Below are positions 26,676 to 36,747 of a stretch of 64,000 bases of DNA, one piece after another; the first letter of the stretch is position 1; each line of letters starts with the position of its first letter. Source of the stretch: Nannocystis bainbridge (GTDB taxonomy: Bacteria > Myxococcota_A > Polyangia > Nannocystales > Nannocystaceae); contig NZ_JAQNDL010000005.1 in the NCBI RefSeq assembly GCF_028368995.1, positions 160,001 to 224,000 of the forward strand, given 5' to 3'. The position numbers and the translations under genes were made by a program. The notes under the pieces were generated by a model that worked only from the letters and a program-made list of their open reading frames with translations, was not told where the DNA came from and searched no databases.

Positions 26676-27491
26676 TCAGCCGAACACGTCGGCGAACCCG
26701 ACGCCCGGCCCCACATCGCCGGCGGTCGCCACCCAGCGCAGCCCGCTCAGCATCAACTCTTCCTGCACCACCCCTTGCCCGCCGAGGATCGGGTTGGGCG
26801 AGAACAGCAGCACGCGGCCCTTGCCGAACTGCGACGCCGTGATCGCCGGCGTACCCAGCATCTCGCCCGGGCCTGTCCCCTTGGACGCGTTGTAAATCTC
26901 GCCCTCGAACTTCGCCAGCGACACGTACGGCGCGAGCCCCTCGACCTCGACCGGCGTGAAGATCGGCCCGTTGGCGAAGAACAGCTTGAACGGCGCGCGC
27001 CCGGGCGCCGACACGTCGAGGCCCGCGATCCCGCGCTGCCAGAAATCACCGGTCAGGTTGCGGCCGGCGACGATCCGCAGCTTGTGAAATTGATCCTCGC
27101 CCTGCAGCGCCATGTACGCCCCGGCGCACACGCCCACGTAGCCGCCGCCGCCGGCCACGAAGTCCTTCACCCGCTGCTTGCCGTCGTCGCCGAGGTTGCG
27201 CCCCTGGGCCGTGCCGCTGCCGCCCATGAAGACGACGACGTCCTCGTCGCCGAGCGACCCGCCGCGGATGTCCTGCGGGACAGTCACGCGCAGCCGAAAG
27301 CCCTCGTGTTTCTCGAGCAGCTGCTTGGCCGCCGCGAAGGCCACCGGATGGACCCCGCCGGCCTTGTAGAGCGCCACCCGCACCGGCTTCTTCCCGGCCC
27401 GCGCCCGCGCGGGCAACATCGCCCCGATCGCCGCGCCGATGGTCGCTCCGAGGATTTCGCGTCGCCGCAGCACACCCCGAGCCTGCCACAT
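26676..27491 (-). CDS. Tat-exported BPL_N / class I glutamine-amidotransferase-like protein
   Basis: LRRREIL Tat motif, FMGGSG, FVAGGGGYVGVCAGAY, GKGRVLLFSPNP. Confidence 0.8.
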   Translation of the reverse strand: MWQARGVLRRREILGATIGAAIGAMLPARARAGKKPVRVALYKAGGVHPVAFAAAKQLLEKHEGFRLRVTVPQDIRGGSLGDEDVVVFMGGSGTAQGRNLGDDGKQRVKDFVAGGGGYVGVCAGAYMALQGEDQFHKLRIVAGRNLTGDFWQRGIAGLDVSAPGRAPFKLFFANGPIFTPVEVEGLAPYVSLAKFEGEIYNASKGTGPGEMLGTPAITASQFGKGRVLLFSPNPILGGQGVVQEELMLSGLRWVATAGDVGPGVGFADVFG

Positions 27492-27547
27492 CTCCCCGCG
27501 TCGCGCCGCTTCCCGGCCTGCAGACACCCACGAGGTCGGGGGCGCGC

Positions 27548-27949
27548 CTAGTTGCAGATCTTCGTATCGACCAGCGCGGCCGACTCCTGCCAAACGGTGA
27601 CCGCCACGCCGAGGTTCGTCGCCGCGAGGTCGCGCGCGGCCAGCCCGGACTCGTCGGTCGGAGCGACCTGCGCCTTCTTGAGCGCCGCCTGCAACGCCTC
27701 GGTCTGCCGCTTCAGCACCGCGAGCTCGGGGCTCTTGCCGCCCGCCAGCGCCGCGTTCAGCTTCTCGGCCGCCTCGGCCGCCCCCGTCAGCTCCGGATTG
27801 GCGAGCGCCGCTCGCAGCTCGCCGATCAGCGGCTTGGCCTCCTTGCACTCGCCCGGGCCGCAGCCGCCGAGCAGCGTGCCGACGACGACGACGCCCGCCA
27901 GGGAATGAACGGCCCGATTTCTCCACCCTCGCATGATCGATCGCAACAT
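27548..27949 (-). CDS. Small helical lipoprotein, hypothetical
   Basis: Lipobox LLGGC, GC3-rich codons. Confidence 0.65.
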   Translation of the reverse strand: MLRSIMRGWRNRAVHSLAGVVVVGTLLGGCGPGECKEAKPLIGELRAALANPELTGAAEAAEKLNAALAGGKSPELAVLKRQTEALQAALKKAQVAPTDESGLAARDLAATNLGVAVTVWQESAALVDTKICN

Positions 27950-28247
27950 TCGAACTCCTGCTCCGCAGACCAGGTAGCCACGTTCGCATGCGCCGGACAA
28001 TCACCGTGGCTGGCGAGCCGGAACCGCGAGCAATGGGCCACGCAGGCGACCTGGACGGCGATTCACGGCTCCATCGAAGGCGCCTCCGCGCCCTCGCATT
28101 CCTGCAAATGTGCCTCGCACCCATGCGAGACCTTCGCCGGTCGTCGCCGGGACAGGGACGCCGCGTACCCCACGAGCGCGACGCACACGCAGAGCGACCC
28201 GTCGATCACGCCCGACGAGCGCGGCCGTCACCGCGGCGTGCCCCGCC

Positions 28248-31200
28248 TCAGCGCAGGAACTTGCCTTTGAGGATCTCGTCGATCTCTTGCAGCATCCCGA
28301 GCATCTGATCGACGCGGTCCTGCAGCCCGCGCACGTCTTGCAGATTGCCCGTGGCCGCGCGCACCAGCGGAATCAGCGTGCGCTCGACGATGGCGACCTG
28401 CTGGGCCAGCAGTTCCTGCACGCCCGCCGGCGGCTCGTTGTGCACATCGACCTTCAGCGTGGCCTGATTGAGGCCCTCGAGCGCGCTGGCGATCCGCCCC
28501 ACGATCGGCCGCGCCCAGTCGAGCCCGCCGGTCGTCGGCGGCGCCACGCTCGGCATCGGCAGCGTCGCCAGCTTCTTGTCCGGCTCCGGCGCCCTCGCCT
28601 GCGCCTGCGCCTGCGCCATCAGCTCGACCAGGCGCGCCTGCTGGGCCATCTGCGCCTGCTGCAGCTCCTTGCCGTTGGCCGCCTCGCGCTCGGACGCCAG
28701 CAGCAGCGAGTCCTTGACCTGTTCGACGCGCTCGGCGAGCACCGACAGCTGCCCGGCCACGCGCACGCCCGGGTCGTCGGCCGCGCCGCCGAGGCTGCGC
28801 ACCCGCTGGAACTCGCGCTTGATCATCGCCCAGCGCTCGGCCCGCTCGCCCTGCAGCCGACCGCGCATCTCGGCCAGCTTGAGCAAGTTCTGCTCGGCCG
28901 CCACCGTGAGCGTCTGCGCCTCGCCGGCGTAGTGGTCGTCGACCAGGCGATCGACCTCTTCGCCGGTCATCGCCGCCGCGACCTTCTCGGCCAGCTTGTT
29001 CATGTTGCGGTAGCTGCCCTGCAGCTTGAACGCCGGCTCGGTGCGGAACTTGTCGTCCATCGCCGCCGACGCGATGTACTCCTGGTTCACGCGCAGCAGC
29101 ACCTCTTGCACGCGGAACAGGTGCTTGACCACGCCGACGACCTCTTGCACCTCGGCGCCGGAGTAGCCGTACGAGAAGTCGGTCGTCGCGACCTCCTCGC
29201 CGCGCGCCATCTTGACGAACCGGTAGACATCGGCCTGCTCGCGGGTCGCCAGCGGCGCCAGCGTGCGGTTCGAGGTCAGCGTGTTCTCGATGTAGCTGAG
29301 CGAGAACGCCTCGCGGTTGCCGCCGAGGATGTCGCCGAGGTTGTAGGTGTCGGCGCGGTTGGCCAGCATGTCGGGGATCTTGAACGCCGCGCCCGACTCC
29401 GTGTACGGGTTGCCCGCCATCACCACGCAGAACTTCTTGCCGCGCAGGTCGTACGTGCGCGAGCGGCCGCGCCACACGCCCTCGATGCGGCGCTGGGCGT
29501 CGCACAGCGAGATGAACTTCTGCAGGAACTCGGGGTTGGTGTGCTGGATGTCGTCGAGGTAGAGCATCACGTTGTTGCCCATCTCGAGCGCCAGGTTGAC
29601 CTTCTCGACCTCCTGCGCCGACGTCGCGTTGGGCGCCTCGGCCGGGTCGATCGACACCACGTCGTGGCCGAGCGCCGGCCCGTTGATCTTCATGAAGACC
29701 AGGCCGAGGCGGTTGGCGACGTACTCCATCAGCGTCGTCTTGCCGTAGCCGGGCGGCGAGATCAGCAGCAGCATGCCCATGCGATCGGTGCGCTTCTGAT
29801 CGCCGGCCGCGCCGAGCTGCTTGGCCATGTTGGCGCCGACCAGCGGCAGGTACACCTCGCTGACCAACTTGTTGCGCACGAACGAGGTCAGCACCTTCGG
29901 CATGAACTCGTCGAGCCGCAGCCGCTTGCGCTCGCGGTCGATGAGCTGCTGACGCAGGCGACGGAACTCGCGGAAGCCCGGCACGCGCACGCGCGCGAAC
30001 TCGCCGAGGCGGCCGAGGAACTCGTCGAGCCGCAGCTCGAGCGTGCGCTCGCGGATCCGCGGGTGCTGGCCCAGGAGGCCGGTGACCTGCGTGCTCTCGA
30101 TCGCGCTCTGGACCTCGCGGTCGAGCTTGCGGTCGGTCAGCGCCAGCGCGGCCGCCTCGACCAGCGCCGACGCCCCCTTGGCCTGCTCCGGCAGCGCCGC
30201 CGCGAACGCCTCGAGCCACGCCTTGACCAGCTCGAAGCGCTCGCGCAGCCTGCCCTCGAGCGCGCGCAGGTCGTCGTCGAGCGCGCGCCGCTTGCCGCTG
30301 GCCTCGAGCGCGTTCAGCAGCTCCTGCCACAGCGTCTGCGCGGCCGCGCTGGTGACGAAGCGCGGCCGCTCGTCGACCAACTCCTCGACCAGATAGTTGC
30401 CCGCGGCGTGGATCTCACCTGACCCGAAGGACAGCCCGGTCTGCTGCGCCCATTCGCCGATCGCCCTGGCCAGCTCGCCGCCGAGCGCCTCGGCCGCGGC
30501 CCCGTGGCCGAACAGCGCGCGCAGCCGGCCGGCGCTCTGGGCCCGCCGATGCCACACCGCCTTGAGCTCGTTGCGGTCGAACCACGCCCAGAACAGGCAG
30601 GCCAGCGCCCGCGGCCCCGGCGACACGCGCAGCAGCCCCGCGGTCGCGTACATCGTCAGCAGCTTGTCGAGGATCAGCGCCGCGTCGCTGTCGTGCAGGC
30701 CGCGCTCATAGCCCTCGTCGTAGCGCTCGGCCGCGAACTTGCGGACCACGTCGACCAGCCCGCCCGCCTCGCGCCCGGCCGCGTGCAGCTTGTCGACCGT
30801 CAGGCCGTGCTCGCCGCGCTCGGCCGCGAACAGCACCGACGCCGCCAGGTACTCGCCGCGGTAGACCTGCTCGATCTCCGAGACCAGCTGCTGGTTCCAG
30901 AACTCCTTCGTCTTGGCGAACTCCGGGTCCTCGACCGTCTCGTAGAAGTCGGTGCCGCCGAGGTGGATCGCCATCGTCCCGTCGCGCGCCACCAGCGTCA
31001 GGTCGAGCACCTGCGTGTTGACGCTGAAGCGGAACGTGCCGAACTTGACGACCTGCGCGCCCTCCTCGAACAGCTCGAGGCGGTCTCGCAGGGCCCGCAG
31101 CGCGTCCTGGCGGGCCGCCGTGATCTTGGTCGAGATCTCGTCGGCCTTGACCGACGCGCCGAACCCCATCAATCGCTCGACCAGCTCCTTGGCCTTGAGC

Positions 31201-33638
31201 ACCATCGCGTCGGCCGCGAAGTAGGCGTTGAGCTCGTCGGCGGTCTTGAAGGTCTGCGCCCGCCGGCCGACGCCCTCGAGGATGCGGTCGGCGGCGGCGA
31301 TGAGGTTCTGCACCCGCGCCTGCCGCTCGTCGAGCAGCGTCTGCTTGCGGGCCTGGAACGCGTCGTGGACCTCCTCGCGCTTGCCCGCGATCTCGCCGAG
31401 GAACTCGTCGAACTCGGAGAATCGACCGGCCAGCTCCTCGAGCTGCACCAGCAGCTTGGCCAGCTGCTCGTCGCATTTCTCGGGCGTGTCGCACAGCGCC
31501 AGCCCCGACGACACCGTCTGGGCGAACAGCTTGAACTGGGCCGCGAACTCGGCCTTGCCCTCGGACGTGAGCAGCTGCTTGCGCACGCTCTGGAAGGTCG
31601 CGCGCACCCGGCCCAGGTGGGCGAACACCGTCGAGATGTCCTCGAGGATCTTCGTCCGCGCCACCGCGTCGCCGACTTGCAGCCCGCTGACCACCTCGGC
31701 CAGCACGTTGAGGCCGTCGCCGACGGCCGCGATGTCCTGCTCGATCGGCTGCAGCTGCGCGGCGTTGTCGACCTTCTCGAGCCTGGCCAGCACCTCGTCG
31801 AGCCGCTTGCCGACGGGGATCAGCGCCTCGCCCTTGACCAGGAACTCGACGCACGCCCGGCTGATGCGGTCGAACTCCTCGACCACCTGCTTCTCGAGCA
31901 CGTCGAGCGCCGCCAGATCGATCGACCGCACCTCGCGGAGGGTGATGACGGCGCCCCGCTGGTTGCGCAGGGCCGTCAGCGCCTGCATGTACTGCTCGAC
32001 GCTCTTCCAGTCGCCCGGCCGCAGCGTCTTGACCAGCGCGGCCTGCTTGGTCTGCGCGTCCTGCAGCGCCTCGCGGGCCCGCTTGCGGATCGCCACGACC
32101 TTCTCGAACTCGTCGATGATGAGCTCGCCGGTCTGGCGGATCGTCTTGACGTCGGCGGCGAGGTCACCGACATCGGCGTGGCCGAGCCAGTAGTAGTTGT
32201 CGACCAGCCGCTGCGCCTGCGCGATCAGGTCCTCGTAGGTCTCGCGCCGCGGATCGCTGTTGTCGATCAGGCGCGTGACGCTGAACGCCTCGCTGATCCC
32301 CCGCACCAGCTCGGCGTTGCCGACCTTGGCCAGGTACGAGCCGTCGGTCGGGGCCGCCGCCGCGAACTCCGCCGTCATGAACGGCGTCTGCCACACCTGC
32401 ATCGGGTGCAGCTGCGCCTGCTCCTCGCTCTGGGCGCGGAACACCACCAGCTTGCCGTCGCGGAACAGGCTGTAGCCGTTGCACTGGATCGGGTTGGCCA
32501 TCTCCTTGCGGATCAGGTTGTACGGGAACAGCACGTAGCGGCCCTGATCGCGGCGATAGAACACGTAGAGCACGTCTTCGCCGTTGGGCGCGTCGATCCG
32601 GCGCTCGAACTCGAAGGCCCCGGTCTCGCCGCCGAACTGCTTGGTGTCTCCCGTCGTCAGGTAATAGCCGCCGGGAAACACCACCCCGTGGCCCTCGGGC
32701 AGCTGCATGCAGCTCTGGCCGATCGCGTCGACCCGCGCGACCGACTTGAGCCGCGTGTTGTAGATGAAGAAGCGCGGCCTCTGCTCGCGGTACGGCAGGA
32801 TCTGCAGCAGCACCAGCGGGCCGACGAGCGCGTACGAGAACTTGGCGTCGTCGAGCGCCTGGTTGGCGTCCTCGACCGGCTCGCGGTAGATGCCGAGGCC
32901 GTCCTTGGTGTTGTTCTCGACCTTGATCGTCAGGTCGCCGCCGACGGTCTCGACGAACACCAGGTCTTTGATCGACACGTGCGGGTGCTGGCCCGAGACC
33001 TGGTCCTCGCGCGTCGTCGGCGTCCACTCGAAGTCGTGCGAGGCCGGCTTCGGCAGCTCGCGATCGCCGCGCGTGTCGACGTAGCGGACCCCGCCGCGCG
33101 GCAGCACGTTCCAGTGCAGCACCTTGACGTCGGTCGTCGCCGCGCCGATCTGGAAGATCGCGAACAGCTTGGTGTCCGTCGCCTTCAGCCGCTGCAGCCG
33201 GGTGTCCTTGTAGTACTTGTAGATGTCCGTGAAGTCCTTGACGAACTGCTCGCCGTCGAGGAGCCCGGGCACCTTGTCGAGCGTGGCCGGATGCATGGCC
33301 TGACCCTCGGGCGCGCTGCCGTCGAAGGTCTGGATCGAGAACACGTCCTCGATCGCCACGTCCTTCTTCATGCCGAAGAAGACGTTGTAGCCGAGCAGCA
33401 GGTGGCCGCCGGTCTGCACGATGTCGGCCGGCACGCACGCGTGCTCGGTGCGCACGCGCTCGTTGGCGACCACCTGCAGCTCGCTGCCGCCGAACGCCTG
33501 CTTGCGGCGCTCGTTGAGCGCCCCGGTCTTCTCGGCCAGCGCCTTGCCCTGCACGACCAGGCGGGCGCGAATGACCTCGTAGCCGCCGCTCTCGAGCGCC
33601 TCGCCGCCGTCCTGGGGCTTGTCCTTCGCCTCTGCCAT
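28248..33638 (-). CDS. Very large coiled-coil AAA+ ATPase (DUF3686 / 'DNA repair ATPase'-type) associated with YqiK flotillin
   Basis: 1796 aa; GGYEVIRARL N-terminus, Walker A SPPGYGKTT, Walker B LYLDD, AGNPYTESG; operonic with flotillin. Confidence 0.88.
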   Translation of the reverse strand: MAEAKDKPQDGGEALESGGYEVIRARLVVQGKALAEKTGALNERRKQAFGGSELQVVANERVRTEHACVPADIVQTGGHLLLGYNVFFGMKKDVAIEDVFSIQTFDGSAPEGQAMHPATLDKVPGLLDGEQFVKDFTDIYKYYKDTRLQRLKATDTKLFAIFQIGAATTDVKVLHWNVLPRGGVRYVDTRGDRELPKPASHDFEWTPTTREDQVSGQHPHVSIKDLVFVETVGGDLTIKVENNTKDGLGIYREPVEDANQALDDAKFSYALVGPLVLLQILPYREQRPRFFIYNTRLKSVARVDAIGQSCMQLPEGHGVVFPGGYYLTTGDTKQFGGETGAFEFERRIDAPNGEDVLYVFYRRDQGRYVLFPYNLIRKEMANPIQCNGYSLFRDGKLVVFRAQSEEQAQLHPMQVWQTPFMTAEFAAAAPTDGSYLAKVGNAELVRGISEAFSVTRLIDNSDPRRETYEDLIAQAQRLVDNYYWLGHADVGDLAADVKTIRQTGELIIDEFEKVVAIRKRAREALQDAQTKQAALVKTLRPGDWKSVEQYMQALTALRNQRGAVITLREVRSIDLAALDVLEKQVVEEFDRISRACVEFLVKGEALIPVGKRLDEVLARLEKVDNAAQLQPIEQDIAAVGDGLNVLAEVVSGLQVGDAVARTKILEDISTVFAHLGRVRATFQSVRKQLLTSEGKAEFAAQFKLFAQTVSSGLALCDTPEKCDEQLAKLLVQLEELAGRFSEFDEFLGEIAGKREEVHDAFQARKQTLLDERQARVQNLIAAADRILEGVGRRAQTFKTADELNAYFAADAMVLKAKELVERLMGFGASVKADEISTKITAARQDALRALRDRLELFEEGAQVVKFGTFRFSVNTQVLDLTLVARDGTMAIHLGGTDFYETVEDPEFAKTKEFWNQQLVSEIEQVYRGEYLAASVLFAAERGEHGLTVDKLHAAGREAGGLVDVVRKFAAERYDEGYERGLHDSDAALILDKLLTMYATAGLLRVSPGPRALACLFWAWFDRNELKAVWHRRAQSAGRLRALFGHGAAAEALGGELARAIGEWAQQTGLSFGSGEIHAAGNYLVEELVDERPRFVTSAAAQTLWQELLNALEASGKRRALDDDLRALEGRLRERFELVKAWLEAFAAALPEQAKGASALVEAAALALTDRKLDREVQSAIESTQVTGLLGQHPRIRERTLELRLDEFLGRLGEFARVRVPGFREFRRLRQQLIDRERKRLRLDEFMPKVLTSFVRNKLVSEVYLPLVGANMAKQLGAAGDQKRTDRMGMLLLISPPGYGKTTLMEYVANRLGLVFMKINGPALGHDVVSIDPAEAPNATSAQEVEKVNLALEMGNNVMLYLDDIQHTNPEFLQKFISLCDAQRRIEGVWRGRSRTYDLRGKKFCVVMAGNPYTESGAAFKIPDMLANRADTYNLGDILGGNREAFSLSYIENTLTSNRTLAPLATREQADVYRFVKMARGEEVATTDFSYGYSGAEVQEVVGVVKHLFRVQEVLLRVNQEYIASAAMDDKFRTEPAFKLQGSYRNMNKLAEKVAAAMTGEEVDRLVDDHYAGEAQTLTVAAEQNLLKLAEMRGRLQGERAERWAMIKREFQRVRSLGGAADDPGVRVAGQLSVLAERVEQVKDSLLLASEREAANGKELQQAQMAQQARLVELMAQAQAQARAPEPDKKLATLPMPSVAPPTTGGLDWARPIVGRIASALEGLNQATLKVDVHNEPPAGVQELLAQQVAIVERTLIPLVRAATGNLQDVRGLQDRVDQMLGMLQEIDEILKGKFLR

Positions 33639-33650
33639 GGCGGCCCCGGC

Positions 33651-35804
33651 TTACTGGATCCCGAGGTCCTTGGCCTTCTCCGCCAGCGCCTGGATCTTCT
33701 TCTTCGTCGCGCCGTCGGCGTTGCGCAGCAGGTCGGCGAGGAACGCCGACAGCGTCAACTTCTGCAGGTCGTCGGCCGACACGCCGGACAGCACCTGCTT
33801 GAGGTCGTCCGGCAGGCTCTTCTTGCCGTCGAGGTAGTCGCCGAGCAGCTTCTTGAGCGTGTCGCTGTGCTCGATGGTGCCGTCGATCGACTGCGCCGTG
33901 CCGACCGCGCGCACGAACTTGTCGAAGAACTGGCCGTCGCCGCCGACGATGTTGATCTTGGCGTGCTCGAGCGCGGTCGACAGCACGCGGGCCTGAGCCT
34001 CGGCGATGGTCTTCTGGGCCGCGATCTGGGCCAGCTGGACGTCGCGGTCGCGCTCGAGCTGGAGGCGGAACTCCTCGTGCGCGCGCGGCTCGCCGGCGAA
34101 GTTCTGCATCGCCTTGCCCTTCTCGGCCAGGCCGGTCGCCTCGGCCAGCAGCTTCTCGCGGATCGCCGTCGCCTGGGCCACGCCCTGGCGCTCCTGCGCG
34201 ACCGCCTGCGCCGCGCCCTGCTTCTCGACCGCCGCCGCGTCGGCCTCCTTGATCTTGACCTGGGCAAGGCCCTTCTGCTCCTCGCCGCTGGCCTCGACCG
34301 CGAAGCGCTCGCGCGCGACCGTGTTCTCGGCCATGCCGCGCTTCTCGATCGCGCCGGCCTCGGCCTCCTGCACGCGGACCTTGGCCATCCCGAGCTTCTC
34401 GGTGGCGACCGCGTCGGCCTCCTTCACGCGCACGTTGGCGAGGCCCTGCGCGGCCTCCTGGGCCTGGAGGCCCTCGGCCTCGCGGATCTTCGCCTTGGCC
34501 TGCTTGTCGGCCGACTCGAGCGCGGCCTCGGCCAGGATCAGCTGCTTCTTCGCCTCGTGCTTGGCCACTTCCTCGGAGGCCTGGGCGTTCTTCACGTCCT
34601 TGACGAGGCGCTCCTGGGCCTCGCCCTCGGCCTTGATGACGCGCGAATCCTTGACGCGGTTGGCGTCGGCCAGCGCGCGCACGTCCTTGGTCCGCTCCTC
34701 CTCCTCGGCCACGCCCTTCTCGACCGACACGCGCTCGCGGACCACGTCGGCGATCGCCTTGCGCTCGATCTCCAGCGCCTTCTCCTTCTCGATGCGGAGC
34801 AGCTCGACCGCCCGCTCGCGCGCGATCGCCTCGGTCGCGCGGGCCTTCTCGACCCGCTCCGTCTCGACCTGGACCTCGCGCTCCTTGGCCTTCTCGGCGA
34901 TCAGCACCGCGCGCAGCTTGTCCTGCTCGGCCTTGCCGATCTCGGCCTCGTTGGCCTGCTGGACGACCGTCGTCTTCTTGTGCTCCTCGCTGGCGACCCG
35001 CATGGCCTCGTTCTGCTCGCGGGCCTGCGACATCGCGATCTCCTTGTGCTTCTTCGCCTCGGCGTCGGCGCGCTGCTGCTCGTAGCGGAACACCGCCTCG
35101 TCGGAGGCGAGGTTCTGCGAGCCGACGTCCATGCGCTCCTTCTGCCGCAGCTCGTTGGTGCGCACGTTCTGGGCCGCCGTGATCTCGGTGATCTTGCGGA
35201 TACCCTGGGCGTCGAGGATGTTGTGCGGGTCGAGCGACGACATCGGCGTCTGCTCGAGGAAATCGATCGCGGCGTCGTCGAGGATGAAGCCGTTGAGGTC
35301 GCGGCCGATGACCTCGATCAGCTCGTCCTTGAACTGCTCGCGCTTGGTGTAGAGCTCCTCGAACATCAGCCGCTTGCCGACGGTCTTGAGCGCCTCGGAG
35401 AACTTGGCCGAGAACAGCTCGTCGAGGGTCGACTGGTCGGACGCGCGGACGCAGCCGATCGACTGCGCGACCTTCTGCACGTCCTCCGGGGTCTTGTTGA
35501 CGCGGACGAAGAACGTGACCTTGATGTCGGCGCGGATGTTGTCGGCGCAGATGAGGCCCTCCTTGCCGCGACGGTCGATGTCGATCGTCTTGACCGAGAT
35601 GTCCATCATCTCGGCGCGGTTGATGATCGGATAGACGACCACGCCGGAGAACGCGACCTGGGCGCCCTTGCCCCACGTATTGATGATGATCGCCTTGCCC
35701 TGGTCGACCTGGCGGAGGAATCGCGTGACCACGAACGCGATGATGAGACCCAAAAGGAGGATCGCGCCGGCGACGGCGGCGATCAGGATCAGAGTCGGAT
35801 TCAT
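33651..35804 (-). CDS. SPFH/flotillin family protein (YqiK-like)
   Basis: N-terminal TM, GLICADNIRADIKVTFFVRVN, NILDAQGIRKITE, long Ala/Glu coiled coil. Confidence 0.9.
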   Translation of the reverse strand: MNPTLILIAAVAGAILLLGLIIAFVVTRFLRQVDQGKAIIINTWGKGAQVAFSGVVVYPIINRAEMMDISVKTIDIDRRGKEGLICADNIRADIKVTFFVRVNKTPEDVQKVAQSIGCVRASDQSTLDELFSAKFSEALKTVGKRLMFEELYTKREQFKDELIEVIGRDLNGFILDDAAIDFLEQTPMSSLDPHNILDAQGIRKITEITAAQNVRTNELRQKERMDVGSQNLASDEAVFRYEQQRADAEAKKHKEIAMSQAREQNEAMRVASEEHKKTTVVQQANEAEIGKAEQDKLRAVLIAEKAKEREVQVETERVEKARATEAIARERAVELLRIEKEKALEIERKAIADVVRERVSVEKGVAEEEERTKDVRALADANRVKDSRVIKAEGEAQERLVKDVKNAQASEEVAKHEAKKQLILAEAALESADKQAKAKIREAEGLQAQEAAQGLANVRVKEADAVATEKLGMAKVRVQEAEAGAIEKRGMAENTVARERFAVEASGEEQKGLAQVKIKEADAAAVEKQGAAQAVAQERQGVAQATAIREKLLAEATGLAEKGKAMQNFAGEPRAHEEFRLQLERDRDVQLAQIAAQKTIAEAQARVLSTALEHAKINIVGGDGQFFDKFVRAVGTAQSIDGTIEHSDTLKKLLGDYLDGKKSLPDDLKQVLSGVSADDLQKLTLSAFLADLLRNADGATKKKIQALAEKAKDLGIQ

Positions 35805-35840
35805 GCGATTAGCGTCCCTCTCTCACGCGCGCCGCCGCGT

Positions 35841-36608
35841 TCACGGGCGGGCGAGGCTGTCCTTGGTCTCGAACGGCTCGACCATGTAATAGTGGGCAGC
35901 GGCGTCGTAGCTCACCAGCACCACGCGCGTGTGCCTGACCAGCGCGTTGGGGGTGGCGCAGCGGACGTCGATGATCAAGTTGGCGCCGTCCTCTTGCAGG
36001 TTGGCCTGGCCGAAGCGCTCGTCGACGCGGCCGGTGGTGACCGTCGCCAGCTTGCCGACGAGCTCCCCGCGACCGATCGGCCGGTGACGCTTGAACGCCT
36101 CGCCGAGCGCGCCGGCGATGAGGCCCGTGAGCATGCCGGCCAGCAGCACCGCGCCGAAGGCGATGCCGACGTGGACCGCGAGCGCCACGCCCCCGCCCGC
36201 CGAGGCGGCGACGCCGTGGCCCAGCATCAGCGTCGCGAATGTCGACAGCGCCCATGCGAACAGCACCAGCATGCTGATCACGACCGTCGCGGGCGCCTTG
36301 CCGAAGCCGATCGCCGCGAGCAGACTGAGCCCGCCCGCGGCGCCCTCGATCTTGCCGCCGACGGCCTCGAGCTTGCCGGTCGCGCCATCGACGGCGCCGT
36401 CGATCTTGCCGGCCATCGCGTCGAGGGCCCCGTCGACCTTGCCGCCCATCGCATCGAAGGCGCCGTCGATCTTGCCGGCCGCGCCGTCGAGCATGTCGCT
36501 GCCGATCCCGCCGAGCAGCGCGAGCAGCCAGTAACCGACCACCACCAACAGGGCGACCGTGAAGATCACGGTGGGGAAGCTGACGATCGCGGCGATGAAC
36601 TCGTCCAT
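35841..36608 (-). CDS. YqiJ/NfeD-like membrane protein with C-terminal OB fold
   Basis: TM helices, 11-residue DG..GK repeats, LVGKLATVTTGRVDERFGQA; first gene of the flotillin operon. Confidence 0.8.
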   Translation of the reverse strand: MDEFIAAIVSFPTVIFTVALLVVVGYWLLALLGGIGSDMLDGAAGKIDGAFDAMGGKVDGALDAMAGKIDGAVDGATGKLEAVGGKIEGAAGGLSLLAAIGFGKAPATVVISMLVLFAWALSTFATLMLGHGVAASAGGGVALAVHVGIAFGAVLLAGMLTGLIAGALGEAFKRHRPIGRGELVGKLATVTTGRVDERFGQANLQEDGANLIIDVRCATPNALVRHTRVVLVSYDAAAHYYMVEPFETKDSLARP

Positions 36609-36747
36609 GGGCCAGCAGCGCGGGGGTGGAAATGTTGCCACACCGCCCGCCCCTCTGCCAGGCCGCTCGACCGGTTCGGATTCGCCCGACGCGAGCGCCA
36701 GCTGTCCGTGAAGACAGGTGCTCGCGCGGATCGTCAGCGCCCGAGCT

